A program made the translations under genes and the position numbers. Source: Octopus vulgaris (Eukaryota). From it: a stretch of 64,000 nt of DNA. The stretch is from NCBI GenBank assembly GCA_951406725.2, contig OX597819.1, forward strand, positions 116,870,001 to 116,934,000. The letters are read 5' to 3'. Of this stretch, positions 38,421 to 53,438 are shown one piece after another (positions within the stretch are counted from its first letter, which is position 1; every line of letters begins with the position of its first letter). The notes under the pieces were generated by a model. The model saw only the letters and a list, made by a program, of their open reading frames with translations, was not told where the DNA came from and did not search any database.

Positions 38421-39885
38421 TCTTTTCCTCTCTCTCCTCTCTCTCTTCCAATTTCTCTCTCTTCTTCTCTCTCTCCATCTATCTAAGTATGTGTGTGTGT
38501 CTGTGTGTGTGCGCAGGAGCGTTTCTTTTTGATATATGCCCTCCTTTGCAGAACTCAAGCTGGTCATTAAAAATATGACGAGACTCTTTTGTTTAAATAG
38601 ATTGTATTCTCGGAGTTTATAAAGTATATGGATTCAATAATATATGCATATGTATGTGTGTTGTGTATAAGTGTGTCCGTGTTTATAAACGTCCACTCGT
38701 GGTTGCGCATATTGCAATAAAACACAAGCGCATATGATCCTACAAACCCGCATGCGCGTGTGTGTTGATGCAATTATATATATTCCATATGCATATGTGT
38801 GTATTTATGTCTGTGTATGACTGTGAGTATAATACACAAAGAGAGAGAAAGAGACATACGTGAAGAGAAATGTGTAACCGAATGCGCGTTGTTTAGATAA
38901 GGAACAAAAAAGAAAATGTCTCGGATGAAAAGAAGGGTATAGAAAAATTCAAACAGTGAGGACACATTGAAAGAAATATAATATGAAATCCATTCTATTA
39001 TATAGGGAAAATAAAAGGTGAGACACTGACTGACAACTACTTTTTCCCGGTAAAAATACCAGAGAAAAAAGTCATAGTGTGATAATATATATTAATTTCT
39101 AAGTTTATTTTTTGTGAGCAATATGAATATGATATTGCTTCATGAATTGGCTTGCTTTTTAAACTGAGGCAATTTATCTACTCATGCTTTAGAAATATAC
39201 CCACGGATAAGGTAACCTACGCACACCAGCTCGCATGTTTTTCTTTTTTTTTTTTTTACAGTGTTTTAATCTTTGTATGAAACCTGTCTGTATCTTTTCT
39301 TCTAAGAGTCTTTGTTCCTAGCTTGTGATAATCCCCTCGACTATAAATGTGGTTTTATCAACTGTATCTGGTGAAAAAAAAAAAAAAAAAGAAACCAAAA
39401 TAGATTGATAGTGAGATAATTAAAAATTAAGAACAAAAAGTACTGTCATTGGTTTCCTGTATTACCGAGAATTTGTCATTAACATGATGAAAGCTGCAGA
39501 GTTACTAATCAGCACCGGCTTTGTTTGATGTACATTTCCGATGTTTGAAAACATTGGTAATAATTTCAGGTTCTTTGTTCTTTAATGATGGTTTCGGTTA
39601 AAAATTAATGTTTGTGATTAAATTCCTATACTGCTATGGCTAAAATTATAAATTAACTGCTAATTAGGTGATAAAAATAATTAGAAAAAACACTCATAAT
39701 TAGTGAAGATCGCTTATAATTAATTTCTTCACTACATTCTGGTTCTCTTCCTTTTTTTTATTTTCAAAATTCTAAAGTTTTTTTAGATGTTTTTAAGTTT
39801 TCTATTTATGACATTTTTTTTTATCACCAAGTAAAAATTTTGCAGAGACAAAGAAACAACTTGAATAAAAATGAGATTATCGAAA

Positions 39886-40337
39886 ATATTGATTTCCTTT
39901 GAATATGAAAACAGGAGGGGAAATTTTATATCTTTGTCAAGGGCCTTCGTGATACAAATAACTTCTGGTAAATCATGATTAGATCAGACACCATATTATC
40001 AAGAGATTATCCCTTTACTGTCCTATGAAACAAATGATATATGCAAGTTCAGGTTCTCGATTGAAGGTCATATTGATTACAAAAATGAGGGTTGATATTT
40101 GTTGAAGGATTCCTGAAATATGAAAACGGGAGGGGGAATTTTATACCTTTGTCAAGGGCCTTCGTGATACAAGTAACTTCTGGTAAATCATGATTAGATC
40201 AGACACCATATTATCAGGAGATTATCCCTTTACTGTCCTATGAAACAAATGATATATGCAAGTTCAATTTCTCGATTGAAGGTCATATTGATTACAAAAA
40301 TGAGGGTTGATATTTGTTGAAGGATTTCTGAAATATG
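39886..40337. repeat. Local tandem duplication, 215-bp period, ~2 copies
   Basis: tttgtcaagggccttcgtgatac occurs at 39933 and 40148. Confidence 0.95.
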
Positions 40338-40983
40338 TAAAGAAATTAATGATATTAACTGGGATAAATGACCAGAACTATTCTCATAGGAAATAGAAAA
40401 CTGTTTACATTTCTGATGTCCATAAAACGCCACAAGCAGAAATGATTTGTTTCGAGCTAGCAAATGAAACGATATATAGCGTTATACTACTAATAATAAT
40501 AGTTAGGATCAATCTCATATTAAAGATAATTACATTACTGACAACAAATAAAATATACATACGTTGCTATTTATCAGTAACACCTATGTCGATCCTGATC
40601 AAACATGCCGAAATGCGTCCGAAACATGACCCACAGTTTTGTTCTGTTTTGTTTCAAGGTGCACTGTATACAGTAATTCATTATCAAACGAAATATTTCT
40701 TTTCATAAGGATTAATGTGTATTTGAGAATAATTTTTGTCATATTACTTGTATTTAGATCTCCCCACGCTGACACAGAAACATCAATACAGATTATATTT
40801 GTACTAAGGTATTTCAGAGTAACGTACTAAAAATTCCAATATTTACGTTATGTTTTCAGAATATGATCAATCATCTTAGATCATACGAAATGAAAAAAAA
40901 AGAACGAAGAATTATATTTAAACCATAAGTGAAACATTCTTTGATATCTATCTATTTATCTATGTATCTAACTATCACTCAAT

Positions 40984-41048
<65 letters not shown>

Positions 41049-41122
41049 TACATACATATACATATTTATACACATATATATATATATATTTATATTGAAT
41101 GTATATAAATATATGTATATAC

Positions 41123-41156
<34 letters not shown>

Positions 41157-41899
41157 ATGCGTGTACACGCCGATATATATATATATATACATATACCGAC
41201 ACACACACATAAACACAGATACAGACATACGCACAGTTATATATGCATATGAAGAAAGAATATCTAATAGAAATAACGCACTCACACACATACGTATAAA
41301 TTATCCGTTTATACAAAGGGAGTGTTAATATCATTTCGTATTAAATATATAGTAGTTCTGTGCATATATGTTTTGATAAATGAATATTTTGATAAGTACG
41401 CAATTTATTTGCCATAAATTCTTTGTACTACGATCTGGTAAGTCGCACATACACACGAGTACATGCACAAAATTACACACCGATGTTTGCACATATAGAC
41501 ATCAGTAATAATAATCATCTATAGAAATAGATATAAAAAAACAAATACTACAATATTTCAATGAGAACACCATTAATCGGTTTACCTACCTAAGTAATTC
41601 TAAGGCGCATTAAATTTCAAAGTAATGCCTAGCAATATATACACACATGCACACTCGCATTTATATACACAGATATATTCAATAACACAGATCATAAATT
41701 CTTGATTAATGACAATCATTTTCGCCTCTAGTGGATGTGTCACATTTACCTAAATGCAATAAGGCCAGCCTCACTGGAGGGTCCCGAGTATCGTGAGACC
41801 TATATTCCCTAACGGTGAGACACCAATGCCTGGTGGTAAGAGAACCGTGATGGAGATTTGTTTGTGGCTCGATAACCAATAACCTTTTTGATATGATTG

Positions 41900-43374
41900 G
41901 TCACGCTATTGAAACGTCGGACTAGATACCTTGCTATATCTATTCTGTGATCAAGCTAGAGCAATAAAGAAAAATTGTTGGTTCACAGAAGTAGAGCTCG
42001 AAGCTGTCAAAAGTCAGAGATAACAATGAAAATAAAAATTCTTACTAATAAGAGTATTCCCATAGCACAGGAAAGGAGCAGTGGTAGCTTACTTGATAAG
42101 AGACATATAGATGATCTCAAAGAAGACAATAAAACTAAATGACAGATGAACAAAAGGCAATCTACGGCCGAATAAAGACAAGACTACAGGAGAACGATAG
42201 AGACATTATTTTCAGCCTTAAAAAGGTTGATCGATGGAAATTGAACCAAGAAACGAAAATTGTCAATGAAATTCTGATATACATCAGAACAAACAACATC
42301 ACAGAAGCAAATAATTTGATCAAGGCAGCAAATATTGTTGCAGCAGGAAATGTGGGTGTTCATGTCAAGAATTAGAAACATAACGTGACTGAAAAAAGAA
42401 AAACCCATGGTGGAAAAGAAGAATCCAGGCAGGGATAGACATGCTCCCGAAGGAAATCTCTGTGTTACACCGACATGATAAAAGAGAGCTTAAAAGCGAA
42501 TAAGAATACGTGGCGCTGAAAAGGAAGTATTATTGAAACGACCTGAAAGTAGAAGAAGAAGAGCTGAAACAGCGCCTCGTTGCAAAGAAAGCAAATATGG
42601 TAAGATACAACCAAAGAATAAAGGGTTGCCACCACAATAGGTTATTCAGAGTAGATCAGAAGAGATCTATGCCTGAAAAACATTGTAAAAGGCAATACGG
42701 TAGAAAATTACAGGACGATATCCTGTTTTTCCCTAATGTGGAAGTTATTGATTGGAATACTCGCAGAGTCAATATATGAACATCTGGAAAAAAAAGGAGT
42801 CCTGCCATATGAGATGAAGGGTTGCAAGCGTAAGTGCAGAGGTACGAAGGATCAACTCCTGATAGACAAAACTTTACTTAGAGACTACAAGAGGAGGAAA
42901 GTTAACATAGCCATGCCATGGATCGATTATCGTAAGGTGTACGTTATGATTCCACATTCTTGGATTATGAAGTCTATGAACCTATTTGGCATTGCATCGA
43001 ATGTTGAGCGATTGCTTGGAAAAGGTATGGAGAATTGGAGGACGGATCTGGCAGCATACGAAAAAGTTTCGGGACAGTAGAAATTAGGAGGGGCATCTTC
43101 CAATGGGGACGAACTGTCCTCACTGATCATTGTACTGTGCTTGGTTCCACTAACCCTGATTCTGAGGAAAGCAAAAGCTGGGTATGTATTCAAAAGCCGG
43201 CAGCAAAAAGTCAACCATTTGTTACTGATGGATGACTTGAAACTTTATGGTAAAGATGAAGCCCAAGACAGTAGTTTCTTTTATACTGTGTACACCTTCA
43301 GTGCCGATATCAGAATGGAGTTGGGACTCAGAAAGTGTGGCGTGTTAGTCTTGGAGAGAGGCAACATGAAATAA
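41900..43374 (+). mobile_element. R4/Dong-clade non-LTR retrotransposon, internally deleted pseudogene
   Basis: WKLL.GILAE.IYEHL...[18 protein letters not shown]...[21 protein letters not shown] and VNHLLLMDDLKLYG. Confidence 0.85.
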
Positions 43375-44529
43375 AGTAAACTTAAATACAGAAATGAAAA
43401 CAGAAAGAAAACCTAACAACAGATAACACTTTATGTTACATGTCAGTATCTCGGGAGAAAAGCCTTTTACAAATATCCCGAACCGGCACATTTGTTAGAG
43501 ATGCATGGGAAACGATGTATGATGCATAGAATGGTATAACATCATAATAACAATGCCTAATGCAGCAGTCGTCAAAGTTTTAATTCATTGTTTTAATTCA
43601 TGAAATAGGTTGACCTCTTTGCTCTTCATTTTATTGATATTAAGCTTTCCTTAAGGTATTCGTGAAATTTTGAATAAAACATTTCTCTGGCTGTATCTTG
43701 CATGGTGTGCTTGGCTGCATCTGTTCTTGTAGATAAGCAATCTAAGGATTTCTACTCCGATGTAAATATCGCCACATTTAAGTAGTTGTCATCTACGCTA
43801 TTTCTAATAATTCAATGTTAGATGTGGGAAAGATCCAAGTACATAAACAGAGCAATTTAAATAAAATTCTCTGCATCACGATGTGAATAATGTGCAAATC
43901 TTAGAAATCATTATCGATAAATACATATATCTTCCCATAGACGTGTATTCGGTGGGGTGTTAAATCTCACATGTATGTTCAAGTGGGTCGAAATGAATTT
44001 GTGTGTGTATGTGTCTATGTGTCTGTGGGTGTATCTATGCCTGTGTCTGTAAAGTTCTATGGTATATTTCCAGTGAAATATTTCGTTATATTTCAATGTG
44101 TATATTTATTGGAAAGACGATACAACGCTGACTTAAAATAAAGGAATAAAAACAGAAGGCATAGAGATCACTGGTTTTCTCTTTATCTTATATTTCAATA
44201 TTCCGGCATTAAAATGTATATGAAAGAGGTCACCTACGTTAATAAACTAAAACAATCGATTGGAAGTTAGACGACAGAACCATGGCGCATATAGATTGTG
44301 ATAATAAAGATTTGCACTGCATGCGACTTTGCTTTCCATAGATCTAACACAATTATACCAGCTTGACATTATCTGCCATTTCCTTATGATTTCTACACTA
44401 ACGGAGCATAGTTACTTCCGTTACTGCTAATAGCTTTCGTACTTAGTAAATTATCTTTTATCAATATACATACACAATACGCCCTGATACACACACACAT
44501 ATATGCATAAACACACATTATTATATATG

Positions 44530-44575
<46 letters not shown>

Positions 44576-44829
44576 TATATATATATAAATATATTCATAA
44601 ACAAATACAATGCTAACATAGGCATACACATAAGCACACAGGCAAACACATACGCGTACACACACACACTCACACATACATATATGTGTATATACATACA
44701 CACAGACATGACAGAAGTAAATAGACATACTTAAAGTGGTTAAAATTTATTTAAATTTGAAATAGTACATTCAAATTATTCATTAACAATGTGAATATCT
44801 AATATTTATAAGACATGTCCTTTACATTT

Positions 44830-45780
44830 TTCAGTACAAAGACCCTATTACGCTTGTTACTGATAAGATGACGAATATTCTCTTCAGAAATTTCTTGCAA
44901 AATTTCACGCAGTAATCTGAAAAGCTCTGCCTTTCAGGACACTTTCTTTTGCTTTTTACAAAGTGTTCTGTCCATTATGCCGCAGAGGTGTTGAAGAGTT
45001 TATGTGCGGTGATTGGCTTGGCTACATAAAATTTTTAATGCCTTCACTTCCAACCAATTGTGAGTCATTTTAGCCATGTGACAGGAACCACATCTTCCAT
45101 AAATAAAGAGTCTTCTATAATCCTTTCATTAATGGAGAAGATTGGAAGTAATCCTTTCTCCAATATGGGCACATGTTTCCTTCGCACACAACCGCATTCC
45201 AAATTGCTCCAAATCGCACCCCAGACATCACAGAATAGCTGGAGTGTTTCATGGTTCGCTGCAATCTTTCCTGTAAAATTCTTGATCACAGAGTCTCTAC
45301 ACCCACATTCGAAAACCGTCAGAAAATCGAGCAAATCTGGAATCATCAGAGAATATGACGGTGTCACAAAATGCCAGTGGCCTCTCTACAATCTCACTGC
45401 CCTAATCTTTTCTCGGCTAGGTATTGTTGGTTCGAAGACGTGGCTTCCTTCTTGTTGCTCGGCCACTTTTTGTGGAGATATATGGCAGATGCTCTGGGAC
45501 TGATACCATCTTGTTCTGCTATGTTAGAGGCGTTGCAATAAGGATTATCCTTTTAACGAAGTGAAGTGTCCTGGTCGACTTGGACGGGATGATGTGGACT
45601 CCTTATTCACACTGGTTAATTGCGCACTCACACTATTAAATGTAGAAGGCGGGATTCCAAGGTTTCCTGCAATTTCACACTAAGTCCACTTTCAGATTGA
45701 TCCACAAAACGGCATCTTTGGAATTTGGACAGTTCCAAGACTTCTCTTTTATGTGACATGATTAAGCAGTCACATACAGA
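44830..45780 (-). mobile_element. Tc1-like transposase pseudogene
   Basis: Frameshifted VIFSDDSRF, VWGAI, ILEKGLLP...FMED and PSQSP remnants of the Tc1 DDE domain. Confidence 0.85.
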
Positions 45781-46846
45781 ACCTGAGACAAAATTGTCAA
45801 TTAATAAAAAGTATAAACCTATTCAAGTAAAAATAAACATAAGACAATGCTTTATGAGTGTTTATTTATTTCTGTCGTGTGTGTGTGTGTGCATGTGAGT
45901 GTGTATGTGACTATGTGTGCGTGAGTGTGTGTGTGTGCGTGTGTGTGTGTGTACACTCATGCGCACGTATGTACATACCCACATAAATGTATACATAAAT
46001 ACATCAATACAAGCATACATTAGTTCTCTCTTCTGAAAAACTGAAAATGCAGTTTCGCTTAAGAAGTTTTCAGTAAGCCTGAATATGACTTGATCTATTA
46101 TATCTTATAATAGTCGTTTCATTAAACTGCGTCGATTTTATTGCTTATTATGTGAATAACGTATCGAGAGAGATCTGTAAAAGATAACGGGAAGCTGTAC
46201 TTATCAACTTACATTGTCTTTTTTACAATTACGTGAACTACTTTAATATTTAATATCTCTTATAATCAGCTACGCTCGCCCATTTTCCTCTCACTCTGAA
46301 TAAAACACTATCAATTGTAACAGGTTATATATTTATATGTCAACAAATATTCCTGATAGTTTATACCACGCAATCAGTAATGAAATATCGTGTGTGACAA
46401 TATGAACGTTTCATTTTAAAAGGATTAGTGTTGAATTTTCTTGGCAGACATGAAATTATTATTTTTCACACTAGTAACAACATTCTTGTGATTAAAGTAA
46501 AACATATAAATATATGAGTCTTGCAAGTTATATAATACGAATATTATATTCGAAGTATACTTTAACAGGGTTTTTTTGTAAGCAGTGTCGATTGCTATAA
46601 ATTTGTAAATGATAATAGTTATTTTATATGTTTAACATTTATAAACGATCACCGGATATAATTTTCCGTGCAGTTTTGATTCATACTGAGACTCGCTCAC
46701 AAACACACGCATGAACACACACGCACACACACACACACACACATAAATTCATACATATCACATACATATATACAAACACATATACACGTATATACATATA
46801 TAAGTATACATATATGTATGCATATATACATATATACATATATATA

Positions 46847-46901
<55 letters not shown>

Positions 46902-46904
46902 TAA

Positions 46905-46936
<32 letters not shown>

Positions 46937-47501
46937 GCGTGTGTGTGTGTGTCTGTGTGTAATTTCGGGCATGTATATTGTTATGTTATTTTGAGGATAC
47001 CTCTTAAAAGGCATGTTAGCATCCAATGTTACCAGGTCTAACCCTACATATCGATGAAATACGCGGGAATCCAGTATTGCTTAATAGTATGGATGTTTAT
47101 TATTTAATAATAGGCGCAAATATTACACGGAGTCCAAGTATATTCCTATAGATACTTGTTTCAATTCGATATATATGAGTATATTTCAATATAGCGTATG
47201 GAATAAAGAAAATGGCGAGTTTAACATAAAGGTATCAATTTAATAACATATTTTCAATTCTCTGTTACCTAGAGTTATTTCGATATTCAACCCATTGAAA
47301 TTGCAAATTAATAAGTAAAAATTGCAATTTGAAAATAGCGAGTTACATATTTCTTCAAATTGCAATTTTAATTTATTAATTTGTAATTTGAATGAGTTGA
47401 GTGTGGAAAAATTGTAGGTAACAGAGAATTGACAATATGTTAATAACTTGACGTTTGCCTGTTAAACCTTCCATTCTCTTCTTATCAAACACACACACAC
47501 A

Positions 47502-47604
<103 letters not shown>

Positions 47605-47728
47605 CGAAATTTGCTATGATGATCCGGTTCCTGACTGAAGATTAAAGGCTTCGAATGACCCGTCCGTTTTTTGTGTCGTCTCTTTGTGTATTTCACGTTC
47701 TTGTCCCTTTTTATATATAATTTTATAC

Positions 47729-47792
<64 letters not shown>

Positions 47793-47845
47793 TAAATATA
47801 AATATATAAATATATATATATATATATATAAATATAAATATATAA

Positions 47846-47883
<38 letters not shown>

Positions 47884-47889
47884 TATATA

Positions 47890-48517
47890 TCAATAATAAA
47901 GGGTGTGAAATCAATTAATTAATTTAGAAATAATCATTAATTTCATCAAGTAGAGTTCGGCATGTAAAAGATCCATTCAAGGAAGGTTTAAGTAATACTA
48001 ATTAATTAAGGGTTCAGCAACGATTTGCATCACCACACAGCGAATTTAGAAATAGCAGTCAAAATGTTTTGGCTATTCTTTCTACTTAAAAGGGAGATCT
48101 CAGTAAAACCAAAGCACTTAAAAAACAAACAACGCAGGCAAAAGAGAAAGAAATGACGAAAATCATTCTATATTAAGTTACCTACGGACGCACGTTTAGG
48201 AATTAAGTCATAGCAGAGCATAAAAATTAAATAATTATGTCTTACCTGACTATTTTCCTCCTCAGCGAAGGACTCTTCAATTATAAATAATTGCGTCTCA
48301 ATTATTAATAATTGTGTATTAAATTTGAAGGCACTAGAAGACATCACCTCAACTCATGGTATCAGAGAGAGCGTAATTCTTGCCAGTACAGCCAAATTCA
48401 AAGGGTGAATGGAAGTAAGACACCTTCCCCTTCCGCCAGCGTTAATACACAATTATTAATAATTGAGACGCAATTATTTATAATTGAAGAGTTCTACGCT
48501 GAGGATGAAAATAGTCA

Positions 48518-48522
<5 letters not shown>
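47890..48522 (-). mobile_element. Diverged, permuted relative of the 588-bp unit, with a short inverted duplication (48442-48522)
   Basis: Colinear reverse-complement similarity to 24128-24715; 48442-48522 is an inverted copy of 48242-48322. Confidence 0.8.
48181..48271 (-). ncRNA. Degenerate type I hammerhead (canonical CUGAGGA; G12 mutated)
   Basis: Minus strand ccttcg-CTGAGGA-ggaa...ttcc-TAAAC-gtgc-GTC-cgtagg. Confidence 0.7.
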
Positions 48523-48569
<47 letters not shown>

Positions 48570-49319
48570 GGTATGTAGAAAAATACAACATGGACAAGAA
48601 CGTATAACTCTTAGAAGACGATACAATAAACACGGACAGGACATTCGATATATATATAGTAATTTCGGCTGATTAATCTTGAGATTACTAGATCACGGCC
48701 AGCCCTCCAAGAAAAACTAGCAACGAGCATTAGAAAAACTAAGCTGGGAGCGTAGATTTCCTGGAAGAAGGATCGAATGCATACGGACACCAGGACAGCA
48801 AAAGGGACGAATATAAAAAAACAAAAATAATGGAATACAGAAACATGAAATACAGAAGCATTAACGGTGAGAGAGAGGAGGGACAAACGCGACAAAGAGC
48901 GAGAAGAGAGAGAAAGAAGGAATCAGAGAGGAAGAAGAAAATGGAAGGTTTAACCGGCAAACATCAAGTTATTAACACACACACACGCACACACACAGAC
49001 ACATATATATATATATGTGTGTGAGGGTGTGTGTATGTGTGATGGATGAAGTGACCTTATGTGTACATTTGATCACTATAAACAAATCATCTATTTGGTT
49101 TTTCGGTAACAAACTGTCGAAATTTCATATCTCGTCTAAGGTTACATATATATAACAATGGACTCTCCCGTCCTTAGTCAAGGTATGAAGATTTGACAGT
49201 TTCTTACGGAACAACTACACAGTTAATTTATTTATAGCGATCAAATGCTTGTGTAGACATAAGCTCACTCCTTCCATCACGCACAAACACACACACACAC
49301 ACGTTAAATAAAATGAGAC

Positions 49320-50230
49320 AACAAAACAAAGGCTGTGTGAGATATATAGCACATTTATAAAGAGAAAGGCACACTTACAACTGTTTCTGCGATATTATGG
49401 ATATCCCTTCATCAGAGACGTTACGAGAGAGTTAAATAGAGGCGAAATACTAGAGTTCAAGATCAGGAGTTATTTTCGAAAAGGATGGATATACGAGGTA
49501 TAAGGGGAAATAAGAGAATAAAGATAATAGTAAAAATATATGTAGGGTGTTACAGTTTCTGTTCCATTATGTAAAGAAAGTGCTCCCCCACTTAGAACCT
49601 TCTAAGCATGTCACCCCACCTCTCATTCTCTCCCACCCTATTCTTTCTATCCGGATATCTCTCCCCTCCCATCCTCTCACAATATTTTGACTATCATCTA
49701 GCTCTCCTATTTTCATTTTCTTCCTTTCCGTCTTTCACTTTCCTCCCCTATTCCTTTTGACTAATACCGTCTTTCTGTCTCTTCTTTCTATCTACTTACT
49801 CCTCACCAGTACATTCTCAAAATTTCATTCACACCAAAAGAGCCCTTGAATGAACAGCACATGGAATTTATGTCTCTACCTTATCCACTTTTAATAACAA
49901 AATATGAACTCCTATCGGAATTTACGTACTGTGGACAAAAAGCATTTCCCCCATTCTACACAGCACTATCCTTACATAATGGAACTGCAACTGTAACATC
50001 CTACATATATTTTTCCTTTTATGTTTATTCCCTTATTTCCCTTTATGCTCCGTAAATCCATCCTTTTCGAAAATATCTCCTCTTACTGAACTTTACTATT
50101 TCGTTCAAGTTAACGCTCTCGTATATCTCGTATATCCCTAATATCTAGAAACAGCTGTAAGACTACGTTTCTTTTTATAAAATTCCTATAATTTCCACAC
50201 AGCCTCAGAACTGTTCTCTTATTTTATTTA
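49320..50230. mobile_element. PLE remnant with diverged inverted tails; hammerhead at 49372-49420 (-)
   Basis: 49320-49585 is roughly the reverse complement of 49960-50230. Minus motif gtct-CTGATGA-a-gggatat..atatcgc-a-GAAAC-agtt-GTA; the plus copy keeps GAAAC-agct-GTA-agac (50148-50163). Confidence 0.7.
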
Positions 50231-50384
50231 GCATATACACGCTCACACGAGACCCGCATTATAAATCATCACTCGTACTGTTATCGAACCGAAAGTATAA
50301 CTATAATCCTCCCGTAGTACTTACATAGCCTTACTTGTCATCTTGTGTTTTCGGGATACCAATACATCTCATATATACGTTATT

Positions 50385-50591
50385 TATATTATTTACATTT
50401 GACGGATATTTCTCCTTATCTTCATGGTTGTTAACACAACATTTCGGCTGATATACCCTCCAGCCTTTCGAACCTGAGTAATCTTTCCTAAGGTATATTC
50501 CGATGTTGTTGTTGTTTTTGTTATTATTATTATTATTGCTCTTATTATTATCATTCAGTAGTTTTATTTTTATAGCCCGCGCTCTTCACCA
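50385..50591 (-). mobile_element. Inverted, deleted copy of the HHR-tailed SINE
   Basis: The tail is homologous to 1250-1400, and a head remnant tggtgaagagcgcgggcta lies head-to-head with 50601. Confidence 0.7.
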
Positions 50592-50681
50592 ATACAATAT
50601 ATGGTTAAGAGCGCGGGCTACTAACCCCAGATTCCGCGTTCGATTCCAGGCTGTGACCTGGATAATAATAATAATAATAAC

Positions 50682-50799
<118 letters not shown>

Positions 50800-50801
50800 T
50801 A

Positions 50802-51200
50802 ATAAAGACCTACTCATTGAAATTGAGATAAAGACCTACTCATTGAAATTGAGAAAATGTGGCATCTCAAGGCGGTTACAATACCAGTGATCGTAGGAGC
50901 ACTAGGAATGATCAAGAAGGGAACCGAAAATTATATGAGAATGATCTCTGGCTTACCATCCCTGCAAGAAGTGCAAAAGATTGTCTTAACTGGTACATCA
51001 CACGTATTGAGAAGAGCATTGTCGATGTGAGAACTGTTGCTGCTCATGTATTTTAATTTAACTTAAAAAAAATAAAAAAAATTGGGGACTACTGAGTTTG
51101 GTTTCATGGCCTACCAATGTATACTATGAGTTTCTTTGCCCTAGGAGTCGGGAAGACACTCGGCAAGAAATGGAAGCAAATTTGAAAGAAGAAAAAAAAA
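50802..51200 (+). mobile_element. 5'-truncated Dong/R4 element 3' end inserted in (TAA)n
   Basis: KDLLIEIEKMWHLKAVTIPVIVGALGMIKK...LQEVQKIVLTGTSHVLRRALSM* (stop 51028-51030) is an RLE-type C-terminus. There is a 26-bp duplication at the 5' junction and (AAT)n on both sides. Confidence 0.85.
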
Positions 51201-51249
<49 letters not shown>

Positions 51250-51389
51250 TTTTCTACTCTAGGCACAAGGCTAGCAATGTCGGAGGAGAGTGTAAATCGA
51301 TAAACTGTCAAGGTAAATATCAACGAAAGAAACTTCACAAATGAGTTACTGGATGCACCATTTTTACCTCATGATTGTTTATAATAATG

Positions 51390-51440
<51 letters not shown>

Positions 51441-51444
51441 GCAA

Positions 51445-51874
51445 ACGTTCTGATCAACACTACAGGTTTCCTTGTCAGTTGTTTGATCTTAACCAGTTGA
51501 GCATGCCCCTAGGTGGCTGACGGCATGTGCGTCTCTGATCACGAGCAGAAGTAGTGGGGGAGCATGATAGCCATGTGTTGAGAGGGATTCTTTGGGGTCT
51601 GAATAATTCACCTCTGGAAACATGGGTCTTTCGTTCAACATCCTTAAACAACTCTTATTCAGCGACGTTTCTTCTACGAGAAGAAAATTGTAACTGGGTC
51701 TCACCTGGGAGGTCATGTGCTGTTTATCTTGACATAAGACCACTATATCTCTCACATATGGTTGTGATGCATGTGGCTAGTGTACCATTACAGACGGGTA
51801 GTCATGACAGGTATACTGGGCTTCGTGTATTTTACCCCAGTGTCACTTTCATGGCATGCACTGCTCTCTCACTC

Positions 51875-51875
<1 letters not shown>
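51445..51875 (+). mobile_element. Unclassified repeat, likely a non-LTR 3' UTR, between (AAT)n tracts
   Basis: GC-richer block ending ...ctctctcactc-(AAT)n. No protein motif recognised. Confidence 0.45.
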
Positions 51876-51949
<74 letters not shown>

Positions 51950-53343
51950 TACATCGAGAAATACCTCAGGAATGAGAAACCATGTTCCAAATTTCTTCAA
52001 GACGCCTGTTGAAGGCTGAAGGCTATCTCAGCCGAAAAGTTGTCAACAACAAACCAAATGATAACAAATATCCGTCAATTATAAATAATGAAAATAATGT
52101 ACATAATTCCTCATCTCTTAAATATAGAACTATAGACCTTATATATGTATATCTATATCTATATCTATCTATATCTCCCTCTCTGTCTCTCTCCCTATAT
52201 ATATATATATATACATACATACACACACACACACACACTGACATATATATGTATATATGTATGCATGTAAAAATATATACTTATTTATTTATATGTAAGT
52301 ACGTACGTTTGTTATATGCACGCGTGGGGGTTACAAAAGACGGAATTGCTTATTTTATAATTTATTCGTGTCGTTGCTGCAGATGTAATCTTTACTTTCG
52401 AAAGTTATTGCCAACTCTATTTTTGATGAAGCAATATGCAATATTGAAATGTAATGTTTAATTAAGTATTGATCAACACTTCCTTTGATCACACATTTAA
52501 ACATGACCCATACTAATTACACAATTGCATATATTTTGGTACATTGTTTAATTGGAATTCGCTTTGATTCCAATTTTAATTTAAATATAGTTTGAAGTGT
52601 GGGAGCCTAGCTACATTGTATTACGATGGCATTCATTTTTGAGCTAAACTCTTTATTTCATGTTGCTCTAGTTTACATTCGGAGGCATGCTGATTCTCTC
52701 TGAGAACTATGTTAATAGGTAATATGGAGCAGATATTCATCTTTAGACTGCTCAACGAGATTCATCTGCAAAACCTGTCTGACCTTTATTTCAACTTCAT
52801 CGAATGTCTTTGAACGTGTTTGGCCCGATTTGTTGTGACAGGTGATATTTTCGGTGCGCAAATTGTAATTGAGGTACTGGTCAGGAATGAGTGTTGCTTA
52901 TATTGCGCTGCTAATAATCGGCCATGCACTGCAGTGTGAGATATTTGCCGAAGGTGCAACGGAGTAGGACTGAGCTGAAAGCATGATATAGTAATTATAA
53001 AATATACATACACACAAGCACCCTCACACACACGCAGGCATAAAAACACACACGCATGCTCATACACGCACACAAACACACTGACGCAGAGGAACGCACG
53101 CAGATATACACACATAAACACAAAGAAACACATGCACATACATATATGCATGTAAGCACGACTGAGTAATCAAAGGTCCCTGGCTTTGGGTAAAAGAGGA
53201 TAAAGTACGATAGGTTAATTTTGACTATATTAAATGTATCGTCCTAAGATCCACACTTATTTCAACGGAATATCTTGTGAAAGAACTCAGATAGATGGGC
53301 CTCACGACACGCCTTTTACGATGTACTCAAAGCAAGAAATTTG

Positions 53344-53438
<95 letters not shown>

